Below are positions 1-9,582 of a stretch of 64,000 bases of DNA, piece by piece. Numbering within the stretch: position 1 is the stretch's first letter; the number at the start of each line of letters is the position of its first letter. Under the pieces are notes generated by a model that worked only from the letters and a program-made list of their open reading frames with translations, had not been told where the DNA came from and made no database searches. The position numbers and the translations under genes are program-made. The stretch is from Ostreococcus lucimarinus (lineage: Eukaryota): assembly GCA_000092065.1 (NCBI GenBank), contig CP000587.1, one strand, 5' to 3'.

Positions 1-1100
1 AGCTTACGAATCTCCTTGCAAGGAACTTTGATGCGCCAAATCTTCTCCGGGTCGTTTTTATCTACGACGAGCTTGGAGCCCTTCTTTGACACGCGTTCGC
101 CCACTAAAGCTTCGTGATCAACCTGCTCTAAGCACATGTCTCGCCCATCTTGGCCGCACAGCAATGGATACGCAGTATCGCGATCTAAAATGACAGCGTT
201 ATCGAAATGTAACACCTTGAGCGTCAAGTACATCGGCCCCGTCCAGGCGTTCGCGATGCAGTGCTCGTCGAACGGAATGGCGTCGAGATATTCCTTATTG
301 GTGATCAGCGACGCAAACAGTGCGGAATGCTTCTCCAGCGCCCCCATGAAACCAGCTGATGCGAATCGTTTGTCTCCCCCGGGATCCGCCACTAAGAAAA
401 CCTCCTTACCGAGCGTCGCCGTGACGGAGAACAAATCCGTCGGGTCTCTCAAGAGCTCGATGTTTGTATCCATGTACAGCCCACCGTGGTGATACATGAT
501 CTCAAACTTCATCAAATCCCCAATCATCGAAAACACGTTTTCATGATGCTTTAAGTTGTACTTTAACGCACGCTTGATGGTGTGATAGGTGTACGGAAAG
601 TTTTCAGGCGTAATGTCCGCGCTCCGCCAAAGCTTGATCTTCCATCCCACCTTGTGAAGAATCTTCTTGTTCTGGTTCAAGAACGCGCGCTTCACGTTCG
701 GCAGCTCTGAGCCGAGCCAAATCGCGTGCCCCACGGGTTTCACCTTCAAGTGATGCACCTTGCCATCCGTCGGGTACTCATTCGTGGGATACCCATCGCC
801 GGGATACCCGTCGCCGGGATACCCGGTCGCCCCGAGCGAGGCGAATCGCCTCGCACGCGCGTGTCTCTCACCCTCTCGCACGTACCCAAACGCCACCGCT
901 ACGACAACAGCGACGAATGAAACTAAACTCACGATCCCACGCACGCTCACCAACCCATCTCTCCGCGTTCGACGCCCCGGACTCGTCGTCGGCTCGTCCT
1001 CGAGCGCGCGATCCTCGCTCGCCGCCGCGCTCGTCGACGTCCCCAGCAACGCCACGCGCTCCGTCGCGCTCGCTCGCGCGCTCGGTATCATCCCGAGCAT
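1..1100 (-). CDS. GT32-family glycosyltransferase (Och1/Sur1 'Gly_transf_sug', DXD-type). Type-II membrane topology. 3' end runs off the window start.
   Basis: My own minus-strand translation (edge-truncated, so absent from the ORF track): MLGMIPSARAS...VSFVAVVVAVAFGYV (signal anchor)...GYPGDGYPGDGYPTNE...FEIMYHHGGLYMDTN. The last motif is the GT32 sugar-binding signature. In-frame ATGs at 1100 and 1091. Confidence 0.6.
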   Translation of the reverse strand, partial: MLGMIPSARASATERVALLGTSTSAAASEDRALEDEPTTSPGRRTRRDGLVSVRGIVSLVSFVAVVVAVAFGYVREGERHARARRFASLGATGYPGDGYPGDGYPTNEYPTDGKVHHLKVKPVGHAIWLGSELPNVKRAFLNQNKKILHKVGWKIKLWRSADITPENFPYTYHTIKRALKYNLKHHENVFSMIGDLMKFEIMYHHGGLYMDTNIELLRDPTDLFSVTATLGKEVFLVADPGGDKRFASAGFMGALEKHSALFASLITNKEYLDAIPFDEHCIANAWTGPMYLTLKVLHFDNAVILDRDTAYPLLCGQDGRDMCLEQVDHEALVGERVSKKGSKLVVDKNDPEKIWRIKVPCKEIRK

Positions 1101-1503
1101 CCTTTCCCGCGCCTATCCTCGCGCCGCGCGCCCTATCCTTCGCGCACCCTCCGTCGCCACGCGCGATCGACGCCGCGCTCGCCGAAGGGTGTTGAGTCCT
1201 CGATTCGAACGCCTCGCGCGAGTTCGCGCGTTTCCCGTCCCCGCGCGTCGCGCTCGCGTCTCGCGCGACGTCGGGTCACGCGCGTTCGCGCTCTTCTCGA
1301 CGCCTCCCGTCGCTCGCCGCGGTCGTGCGCGCGGTCGCCGCGACCGCGGGGTGTGACGCCGTCGCGCGCCGCGGATTTGGCGCGTCGCGCGAGTCTCACT
1401 CTTTTACACACGGATCTTTCTGAACATCCGGCACTCCCGGGTGTTTTCGAACGACGCCGTTGACGCGACGCGACGCGCGCGCGGTCCGCGCACCGCCGCG
1501 ACG

Positions 1504-2757
1504 ATGTCGGCGTGCCTGGGGGCGTGCTGCGGGGCGTGCGCCGCGAGCGCGTGCCGCGGGTGCTTCGCGCGGGGACGGACGCGCGAGAGGCGCGACGGTG
1601 CGAAGGACGGCGACGTCGAACGCGGGGACGATGATTCGGGCGCGCCGCGCGACGTCGGGGTCGCGTCGTGGCGGCGGAAGTACGCGGGCGCGTTCGTGGC
1701 GTTGGCGTTCGCGACGTGGGCGCTGAGAGATGGGAGAGGGGCGTCGTCGCGGCTCGGGAAGGCGTTCGGGTGGGCGTGTCGAGACGCGCTCGCGGCGAGG
1801 AGCTGCGCGCACGAGACGGCGGTGCGCGTCGGACTGGGAAACTCGTTGTTTTTCGCGTTCATGCTCGTGGTGACGTTCATGGTGAAGGAAAGCGATCGGA
1901 CGAGCGCGCGCGTGAGGTTTAACGAAGGTTTTTGGTTGGTGAAAGGGGTCATTTGGCTCGGGTTGCTCGTCGCCGCGTTCGCGGTGACGTTGAACGACTA
2001 CTCTGGGCTGGTGAACGTCGATCGGTTCTTCGCGGCGGTGTTCCTGCTGATCCAACTCATCGTTTTGCTCGGTTGGGTGTACGATTTGAACGATAAGCTC
2101 ATGTCAGGCATGGATGAAGGGGGAAATCGGAGTTTCGCGCTCTTGCTGACTTCGTCCGCGGCGACGTACGCGTTCGCGTTCACCCTGGTCGGCTTTCTCT
2201 ACAAGCTCTGGGCGCCGTCGAGCGAATGTCATCGAAACATCGCGCTTATCACGTGCATGTTGATCGTGTGCGTGATATTTTCGGTGATTTCTCTGCACGC
2301 CCGCGTCAACGGAGGCTTGTTCACGTCGGGCGCGATGACGTTTTATTGCATGTACGTGCTCGCCTCGGCGTTGGCGTCCGAACCGAACAATTACGCGTGC
2401 ACGCCCGCATCAAAAGATGGTGATTTGAGCTCAATACTCTCGGTCATCGGATTCGTCTTTGCCCTGTTCGCGCTCGGCGTCACCGCGCACAGCGCCTCGT
2501 CCAAGAGCGCGTTCGCCGGCGAAGGCGCCGAGGGAAGCGAAGATCCCACGTCGACGTTCAACGTCACCTTCTTCCATTTCGTCTTCTTCACCGCGAGTTC
2601 TTACTGCGCCATGACTTTCACGGAGTGGACGAACGGGCGGAGCGCCGCCGGTTGGGAGAGCGCTTGGGCCAAGGTCGCGGCGGCGTACGCGAGCGCCGCG
2701 CTCTACACGTGGGCCTTGCTCGCCCCCTTCGTCTTGCGCAACCGCGAATTCCGCTAG
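1504..2757 (+). CDS. Serine incorporator (Serinc/TMS1/TDE) family multi-pass membrane protein
   Basis: Track ORF 1441..2757. First ATG at 1504 gives MSACLGACCGACAASACRGC, the typical Cys-rich Serinc N-terminus, followed by about 10 hydrophobic segments. TAG stop at 2755-2757. Confidence 0.7.
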   Translation: MSACLGACCGACAASACRGCFARGRTRERRDGAKDGDVERGDDDSGAPRDVGVASWRRKYAGAFVALAFATWALRDGRGASSRLGKAFGWACRDALAARSCAHETAVRVGLGNSLFFAFMLVVTFMVKESDRTSARVRFNEGFWLVKGVIWLGLLVAAFAVTLNDYSGLVNVDRFFAAVFLLIQLIVLLGWVYDLNDKLMSGMDEGGNRSFALLLTSSAATYAFAFTLVGFLYKLWAPSSECHRNIALITCMLIVCVIFSVISLHARVNGGLFTSGAMTFYCMYVLASALASEPNNYACTPASKDGDLSSILSVIGFVFALFALGVTAHSASSKSAFAGEGAEGSEDPTSTFNVTFFHFVFFTASSYCAMTFTEWTNGRSAAGWESAWAKVAAAYASAALYTWALLAPFVLRNREFR

Positions 2758-3208
2758 CGTCGATCGTCGCGAAATCGTCTTAGACACTAGTACACTAGTC
2801 ACATCATTACAAAAAATCGCCCAGTCGCTCGCTCACTTCCTTCGCGTCGTCCTCGACGTCTTCGTCTTCGCCGACGACTCCCTCGCCGCCTTCTCGTTCC
2901 CGAGCTTCGCCAGGTACGCCAGCACCGCCAGCGCCGCGACGTCCACCGCGCCCGCGAACGGCGAGATCTCCTGTCCGCTTCCCTCCATCGCCATCGCCAT
3001 CGTCGGCGTCGCCGTCGCCGTCGCCGTCGCCATCGCCACCGCCGTCGCGACGCGTCCCACCGTCGTCGTCGTCTCGTCCCGTCGCGCGTCGCGCGCGCGC
3101 GTCGCCGCCCGCGTCGTTCGCGCGCGCGTTCGCGTCGTCGGACGCGTCGTCGTCGCCGTCGTCGTCGTCGTCGTCGCGATCATCGTCGTCGTCGTCGCGA
3201 TGTGCGTC

Positions 3209-3231
3209 GTCGGTCGGTCGGTCGGTCGGTC
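3209..3231. repeat. (CGGT/GGTC)n tetranucleotide repeat, preceded by GTC/GAC triplet and (GCCGTC)n tracts (2990-3200), upstream of the ENR gene
   Basis: cggtcggtcggtcggtcggtc. The same motif recurs at 49981-50020 and, as its complement, at 61081-61100. Confidence 0.85.
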
Positions 3232-3441
3232 TCACGACGAAAGCTAAAAACACGGACCTCCACCGCGGACTAACCTGACCCGGAACGGATAAAGCGACCG
3301 CGCGACGACGGCGACGGCGACGACGACTCGACGCGCGCGCGGGCGACACTGCGCGACGCACCGACGCGCGACCGCGAGCGACGCGAACGAGCGCGCCGGA
3401 CCGCGGACGACGGACGGAGAACGACACCGCGAAGAGGAAAG

Positions 3442-4452
3442 ATGCGCGCGACGACGATGCGACAATCGAGCGCGGTGACGGGGACGCGCGCGCGAACGAC
3501 GCGCGGGGCGCGCGCGGCGCGACCGCGAGCGACGACGACGACGCGGGCGGGATTGAACGTCGATCTGCGAGGGAAGAAGGCGTTCGTCGCGGGCGTGGCG
3601 GACGATAACGGGTTCGGGTGGGCCATCTCGAAGGCGCTGAGCGAAGCCGGCGCGGAGGTGATCCTCGGGACTTGGGTTCCGGCGCTGAACATCTTCGAGA
3701 CGTCGTACCGACGGGGGAAGTTTGACGAATCGCGTAAATTGAGCGATGGATCGATGATGACGTTCTCGAAGATTTACCCGATGGACGCCGTGTTCGACGC
3801 GATGGACGACGTTCCGGAGGACATCGCGACGAACAAGCGCTACGCGGGTAACGAAAAGTGGACCGTGAGCGAAGTCGCGAAGTGCGTCGAGGAAGATTTC
3901 GGTAAGATTGATGTTCTCGTGCACTCCTTGGCCAACGGCCCGGAAGTCGCCAAGCCTTTGCTCGAAACGAGCCGTAAGGGTTACTTGGCCGCCATCTCGG
4001 CGTCTTCTTACTCCAACGTGTCCATGATCCAACACTTCGGACCGTTGATGAACAAGGGTGGTGCCGCCATCTCTTTGACCTACCTCGCCTCCGAACAAAT
4101 CATTCCGGGCTACGGTGGTGGTATGTCCTCCGCGAAGGCGGCGCTCGAGTCCGACACCCGCGTCCTCGCGTACGAAGCCGGTCGCAAGTGGGGCATCCGC
4201 GTCAACACCATCTCCGCCGGTCCTCTCGGTTCTCGCGCGGCCAAGGCGATTGGGTTCATCGACAAGATGATCAACTACTCTCTCTCCAACGCGCCGCTCA
4301 AGGAGAAGCCGCTCGAAGCCATCGAAATCGGTAACACCGCCGCCTTCTTGTGCTCTCCGCTCGCCTCCGGCATCACCGGTGCGACCATCTACGTCGACAA
4401 CGGCCTCAACGCCATGGGTCTCGCCGAGACCGCTCCGGAGATTTCCGGTTAA
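3442..4452 (+). CDS. FABI: Enoyl-[acyl-carrier-protein] reductase (NADH), plastid-type FabI/ENR, with an N-terminal Arg/Thr-rich transit-like extension
   Basis: Near-identity to plant ENR/MOD1 across [23 protein letters not shown]...[12 protein letters not shown]...[20 protein letters not shown]...[14 protein letters not shown] at 3442, TAA at 4450-4452. Confidence 0.9.
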   Translation: MRATTMRQSSAVTGTRARTTRGARAARPRATTTTRAGLNVDLRGKKAFVAGVADDNGFGWAISKALSEAGAEVILGTWVPALNIFETSYRRGKFDESRKLSDGSMMTFSKIYPMDAVFDAMDDVPEDIATNKRYAGNEKWTVSEVAKCVEEDFGKIDVLVHSLANGPEVAKPLLETSRKGYLAAISASSYSNVSMIQHFGPLMNKGGAAISLTYLASEQIIPGYGGGMSSAKAALESDTRVLAYEAGRKWGIRVNTISAGPLGSRAAKAIGFIDKMINYSLSNAPLKEKPLEAIEIGNTAAFLCSPLASGITGATIYVDNGLNAMGLAETAPEISG

Positions 4453-4719
4453 GCGCGCGTCCAGAACGTTTTGTTGAGGATGGCGAACACGGTCGGCAGT
4501 CGCGGACTCTGCGTTTCGAACGCACCGCGGCGACGACGCCTTCGTCTTCGCTCTCCTTTAGATGACGCAATTCAATATTTTAATTAGAGTCTCAGTGCTG
4601 ACGCCGAGGATCCTTCATCGTCACAATCGTCGTCCCGCGTCTTCACGGCGCGGACACCTCTTCGAACTCGAGGGTTTTCCGGGTGTTTTCAGGCCGTGGC
4701 TCACTTCGCGACGCGACGC

Positions 4720-4971
4720 ATGTCCCACCTCCTCGTCACCTTACGTCGAGGTACCGCGGGCAAACCGAAGACTATCCTCCAGACCTTGTCCGCGCTCGGT
4801 CTGCGCAAGACTCGAGACGCGCGCATCGTGCCGAACGACGCCGGCGCGCGAGGAAAGTTGAATCAAGTCAAGCACTTGGTCTCCGTGGAAACGCTGGAAG
4901 ACGCCGAACGACGCGTCGAAGCGCTGGCGAAGAAGCGCGCGCTGCGAACGCCGATCGTGAGCGAGCACTGA
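4720..4971 (+). CDS. Organellar (bacterial-type) ribosomal protein bL30
   Basis: Ribosomal_L30 fold: LLVTLRRGTAGKPKTILQTLSALGLRKTRDARIVPNDAGARGKLNQVKHLVSVE. The track ORF begins at a GTG (4696). First ATG at 4720. TGA at 4969-4971. A presequence may be supplied by an upstream exon (unresolved). Confidence 0.7.
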   Translation: MSHLLVTLRRGTAGKPKTILQTLSALGLRKTRDARIVPNDAGARGKLNQVKHLVSVETLEDAERRVEALAKKRALRTPIVSEH

Positions 4972-4975
4972 GGCG

Positions 4976-5785
4976 ATGCTGCTGCGCACGGCGAGCTGCG
5001 AGTCGCTGAGCGGGGGACGAGGGATGGCGAAACGCTCGGGACGAGGTCGAGGGACGGGGACGACGACGACGCGAGCGGTGTCGTCGTCGAGCGCGCCGCG
5101 AGCGCCGCACGTTTCGGTGTTGGATATGTGGCGCACGTGTGATGCGGTGGCGTTCGATGTGGATAGCACGGTGTGCGAAGATGAGGGCATCGACGAGCTC
5201 GGGGCGTACGTCGGTGCGGGCGAACGCGTAGAGGCCATCACAAAAAAGGCGATGGAGGGAGGGATGCCTTTCGGTGAGGCTTTACAAGCGAGATTAGAGG
5301 CCATGGCGATCACTCGGGAGCAGTTGGAGACGTACGTGGCGAAAAACCCGCCGAAATATTCACCGGGGATCAAAGAACTCACTGCCGCGTTGCGCGCGAG
5401 CGGTAAAGAAGTATACCTCGTCTCCGGTGGGTTCAGACAGATGATCGCTCCCGTGGCGAAAGGTTTGGGTATTCCAGTCGAAAATATCTACGCCAATACG
5501 ATAACGTTCAACGAGGACGGCTCGCTGAAAGGTTACGACGCCGGCGAGTTCACCTCGCGTTCGGGTGGCAAAGCCGAGGCGGTCAAGCACATCAAATCGA
5601 GTCGAGGGTACAACACGATGGTCATGGTCGGCGACGGCGCCACCGATCTTGAAGCGAAGATCCCCGGCGGTGCCGACATCGTTGTCGGCTACGGCGGCGC
5701 CCAGCGTCGCGCCAAAGTTGAAGCCGAAGCCGACTGGTTCGTGCTCGATTTATTCGTCCTCGCGGAAGCTCTCAAAGGTGCGTGA
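4976..5785 (+). CDS. PSP: Phosphoserine phosphatase (HAD family, SerB/PSP), with an N-terminal transit-like extension
   Basis: DAVAFDVDSTVCEDEGIDELGAYVG...SGGFRQMIAPVAKGLGIP...MVGDGATDLEA aligns with human PSPH and plant PSP. ATG at 4976, only 4 nt after the bL30 stop. Alternative ATG at 5023. Confidence 0.85.
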   Translation: MLLRTASCESLSGGRGMAKRSGRGRGTGTTTTRAVSSSSAPRAPHVSVLDMWRTCDAVAFDVDSTVCEDEGIDELGAYVGAGERVEAITKKAMEGGMPFGEALQARLEAMAITREQLETYVAKNPPKYSPGIKELTAALRASGKEVYLVSGGFRQMIAPVAKGLGIPVENIYANTITFNEDGSLKGYDAGEFTSRSGGKAEAVKHIKSSRGYNTMVMVGDGATDLEAKIPGGADIVVGYGGAQRRAKVEAEADWFVLDLFVLAEALKGA

Positions 5786-5998
5786 TTCGCACGCAAGTAT
5801 GTTTAGATGCGTTTTAAAGATAAAGTCATCGCATTGTGTATCACCGACTCCACACCAACCCTCGATGCGCCGCGATGACTTCGCGAGCTCGCGTTCGCGC
5901 GCGCCGCCAAAACCTGCGGCGCCTCGCTCGCGTGCCTCACTCACGCGCGCACGACGTCGACGGACGACGCGTCCGTCGAACGCGCGTGCGTCGCCGTC

Positions 5999-8900
5999 AT
6001 GGATGCCGCCGAACGCGGCGCGATCGCGTCGATGCCTCACGACGATGCGCCGACGACGACCGCCGGAACGACGGAGCTGTTCGGCAAGATTGACGGCGAG
6101 ACCGTGCGGTTCCTCGTCCAGAGCTCGTTCGCGGGCGATCAGCTCGATGAGTTGAAGCGGCAAATAGCGATGTTGCGCAGGCTGCGCGCGGGCGATCGGT
6201 TCGTGCTGCCGGGTCAAGGGACGCCGCGCGCGACGAAGGAGCGCGTTTTTGGCTTGTTGGACTTGGGGTGCGGGGCGGAGTTGCGCCTGAGCGATGCGAC
6301 GAAGACGTACTTCACGCACGCCGAGTGGATGTACTCGTATAGAGAATTACCGCTGTTTTCTCAACTTTCGGATGAAAGGTCGACCGATGCGGCCAAGGCG
6401 AAGTTTGCGAGGAAGCGCGACGGTGACGGTCGAGCCGAGTTGAATCTAGCCGACGTGAATAGATTGGCGACGAAACCGGTGGAGATTTTAGAACGCGAGG
6501 GGAAGAGGTTGTTGGAACACGCACATTTGCGAGAAATCGAACGGCTGCGAGAGGAAGCAGATGCTTTGAATGAGATGGACGACGACGGACAACGGCTCGC
6601 CTTGGAAAATCGCATCAAACAGCTTGAGTTGGTGAGGGTTCAACAGCGAGTAAGAAATGAGCTCGTGTTTGCGCAACAGGAGATAATGCAGATGCCGGAG
6701 CGAGCGTATAAGAAGATGGTCAAGGACAACATCAAAATACTCGCTGAGAAGAAGAAGAAGGCTGAGAAGAAGGAGAAGCAAGAACAGACAGCGTTCTATC
6801 GCAGTGTGCTAGCAATGCGTAAACGTATCAACGAAGAGTCGAACAACGCTCGCGATGAGCGCTTAGCAAGAAACAAAGCTGTGCTGAAAATGCACGAAAA
6901 GTTGAACCGCGAATTCATGCGAAAGGCTCGCGATGAAAATTCAGAACGTTTGTTGCGCCTGGAAGCGTTAAAGGCGAACGATTTAGCCGCATATCGCGAG
7001 TTACTCGCAGAGGCGAGAGGTCGCGAGACTGATATGACAGCTGAAGGCGAGGGTGACAAATATGAAGCTTTGACTTCGTTCTTAAACGCAACTGAATCGT
7101 ACTTAACCAAGCTTGGAGGGAAAATTGCCGCGGTGAAGATTGAGCAAGCGCGTTCAGAAGCCGCCGCCGCCGCCGCATCAGAGGCCGAGGCCAAAGGTCT
7201 TACTGAGGAAGAAGTCAAAGTCGTCGCGGAAGAAGCGGCAAACAGTGCAGCTATTGATCATGGTGAAGCCATTTTAGACGGTGCTGCGGATGGTGGAGAC
7301 ACGAAGGAGCGATACTATGCCATGGCGCATAGTACGCAAGAAATCATCACACATCAACCGCGCATGTTGACCTTTGGAAAACTTCGCGATTATCAGCTCG
7401 TGTCCCTGCAATGGATGATTTCGCTGTATAACAATAAGTTAAATGGTATTTTAGCTGATGAAATGGGTCTCGGGAAAACAGTTCAGGTGTGTGCGTTGAT
7501 TGCTTACTTGTTCGAAAGCAAGCAAAACTTTGGACCGCATCTCATCATCGTACCAAACGCCGTGATTGTGAACTGGAAAGCCGAAATCAGGCGATGGTTG
7601 CCGAAACTATCCACCGTGTTTTACGTCGGCTCAAAGGATGCGCGCGCTAAAATTTTCCAGCAACAAGTTTTGCAGCTCAAGTTCAACGTCCTCGTCACTT
7701 CTTACGAGTTCATCATGCGAGATCGATCCAAGTTGAGCAAAGTGGCATGGAAGTACATCATCATCGACGAAGCGCATCGGCTGAAGGATCGCGAAGGTCG
7801 CTTGAGTCGGGATTTGGATAAATTTAGAGCGCAACGTCGCTTACTTCTCACCGGTACTCCGTTACAAAACGAGTTGTCCGAGCTTTGGTCTCTCCTAAAC
7901 TTGCTCTTACCTGAGGTGTTCGACTCGTCAAAAGTGTTTCAAGAATGGTTTGGAGGGAACTCGAAGGTTAGTAACGACGCCGACGGCGAAGATTGGATCG
8001 AGAGAGAAAAGAAGGTTATCGTCATTAGTCGTTTGCATCAGATTCTTGAGCCTTTCATGCTGAGACGATTAGTGCAAGATGTTGAGAGCAAGCTTCCGCC
8101 TCGCGTCACCGTCATCGTCCACTGTCCGTTCAGCGCCTTTCAGTCAGCTTGTTACGACTGGATTCGTAAAACGGCCTCCATTCGCGTTGAACCAGGAACT
8201 AGAATAGGACTGGCGGCACAGCAAAACTTCCGTGGGTACTTGCCACTCCAAAACAGGGCGATGGAACTCCGCAAGCTCTGCAATCATCCGTCGCTGAGTT
8301 ACCCTCCTGAAAAGGGTGGAGATTTCCGAGGTCCGAACCTTGTGCGCGCGGGCGGTAAGTTTTGGATATTGGATCGATTGCTCGTGAAGTTGCAACGCTC
8401 AGGGCATCGAGTGTTGTTATTCTGTACTATGACAAAGCTCCTTGACTTGTTGGAAAACTACTTACAGTGGAGATGGACCACTCCGGATGGTCAAGACTTG
8501 AAGTATTGTCGCATCGATGGAAACACTTCATTGGAGCAGCGCGAGATTGCTATTAACGATTTCAACGCACCTCACAGCGATAAGTTTATCTTCTTGCTCT
8601 CTATCAGAGCCGCTGGTCGTGGTTTGAATCTTCAGACGGCGGATACCGTGGTAGTGTACGATCCAGATCCAAACCCGAAAAATGAAGAACAAGCCATCGC
8701 ACGAGCGCATCGCATCGGCCAAACGCGAGAAGTGCGTGTGATCCACTTTGAAGCAGTCGACGATGACATCGTGCAGAAAAAGAAGGGAAGCAAGAAGGAA
8801 GAAGTTGGTTGGGGCGGTCCAAATAGAAGCTACTGCGAATCCCTCGAGTCGTCCGTTCGCAACGTCATTCAAAAACAAAAGATTGAAATGGCTGCTGAAA

Positions 8901-9535
8901 TTGTTGATGCCGGTAGATTTGATGGTCAGACGACGCATGCCGAACGACGGGAAACTCTCGAAAACCTTCTTCAGCAGCAAGCAAATGGCACGCGAACAGG
9001 CGTAAGCGTGCCTCCGTTAAAAGAACTTAACGGCAAGATCGCTCGCTCTCAAGAAGAATGGGACTTGTTCAACCGTTTGGACGAAGAGCTCGATTGGCCA
9101 GGCGCTTTGCTGAGCTCGGCAGAGTGTCCGTCGTGGATCAAGTACACGCAAGACGAAATCGATCAAGCTGTTTTTGCAAACACTAAAGTTGGACAGTCGA
9201 GTGTTACGCAGTTCAACGAGAACATGGGTAGAGGCGCTCGGTCGACAAACAACTTGAACGCGAGCGGATCGGCGGTGTGGACCCACGCCGACAGACAAGA
9301 GGGTGACTTTATCGATAGAACTGGCATAGCCGACGACGATGGCGATGAAGATGAAGAGAGTGATGACGTAGCCGTACGGGAGGACTCCATAGAAGATATT
9401 GGAGATATTGATATCGATGATATCGAAGACGCTGAAGATGACGACGACACCACGACTTTGAATACGGTTGAGATGAACGACGCCGACGAAGACGACGGCG
9501 GCGAATCACCCAAGAGGCGACGATTAGAGTATTGA
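5999..9535 (+). CDS. SWI2/SNF2 chromatin-remodelling ATPase, Snf2 subfamily (BRM/SYD-like), 1178 aa, with an acidic C-terminal tail
   Basis: Helicase motifs LRDYQLVSLQWMISLYNNKLNGILADEMGLGKTVQ, DEAHRLKDRE, LLLTGTPLQNELSELWSLLNLLLP and SIRAAGRGLNLQTADTVVVYDPDPNPKNEEQAIARAHRIGQTREV are near-identical to Arabidopsis BRM. Confidence 0.9.
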   Translation: MDAAERGAIASMPHDDAPTTTAGTTELFGKIDGETVRFLVQSSFAGDQLDELKRQIAMLRRLRAGDRFVLPGQGTPRATKERVFGLLDLGCGAELRLSDATKTYFTHAEWMYSYRELPLFSQLSDERSTDAAKAKFARKRDGDGRAELNLADVNRLATKPVEILEREGKRLLEHAHLREIERLREEADALNEMDDDGQRLALENRIKQLELVRVQQRVRNELVFAQQEIMQMPERAYKKMVKDNIKILAEKKKKAEKKEKQEQTAFYRSVLAMRKRINEESNNARDERLARNKAVLKMHEKLNREFMRKARDENSERLLRLEALKANDLAAYRELLAEARGRETDMTAEGEGDKYEALTSFLNATESYLTKLGGKIAAVKIEQARSEAAAAAASEAEAKGLTEEEVKVVAEEAANSAAIDHGEAILDGAADGGDTKERYYAMAHSTQEIITHQPRMLTFGKLRDYQLVSLQWMISLYNNKLNGILADEMGLGKTVQVCALIAYLFESKQNFGPHLIIVPNAVIVNWKAEIRRWLPKLSTVFYVGSKDARAKIFQQQVLQLKFNVLVTSYEFIMRDRSKLSKVAWKYIIIDEAHRLKDREGRLSRDLDKFRAQRRLLLTGTPLQNELSELWSLLNLLLPEVFDSSKVFQEWFGGNSKVSNDADGEDWIEREKKVIVISRLHQILEPFMLRRLVQDVESKLPPRVTVIVHCPFSAFQSACYDWIRKTASIRVEPGTRIGLAAQQNFRGYLPLQNRAMELRKLCNHPSLSYPPEKGGDFRGPNLVRAGGKFWILDRLLVKLQRSGHRVLLFCTMTKLLDLLENYLQWRWTTPDGQDLKYCRIDGNTSLEQREIAINDFNAPHSDKFIFLLSIRAAGRGLNLQTADTVVVYDPDPNPKNEEQAIARAHRIGQTREVRVIHFEAVDDDIVQKKKGSKKEEVGWGGPNRSYCESLESSVRNVIQKQKIEMAAEIVDAGRFDGQTTHAERRETLENLLQQQANGTRTGVSVPPLKELNGKIARSQEEWDLFNRLDEELDWPGALLSSAECPSWIKYTQDEIDQAVFANTKVGQSSVTQFNENMGRGARSTNNLNASGSAVWTHADRQEGDFIDRTGIADDDGDEDEESDDVAVREDSIEDIGDIDIDDIEDAEDDDDTTTLNTVEMNDADEDDGGESPKRRRLEY

Positions 9536-9582
9536 TTTGATTGTAATTTTACACAAACATCTAGAAGTCATCATGAACTCGC

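Noticed and set aside
3244-4098. Long minus-strand ORFs (284 and 140 aa) antisense to the enoyl-ACP reductase gene
   Set aside because: Arg/Pro/Ala-rich, low-complexity translations typical of the opposite strand of GC3-rich coding DNA. The + strand carries an unambiguous ENR.
4969-4980. Possibility that bL30 and phosphoserine phosphatase form one fused ORF
   Set aside because: They are in different reading frames (bL30 in frame 1, PSP in frame 2) and separated by a TGA. A simple read-through fusion is not possible.
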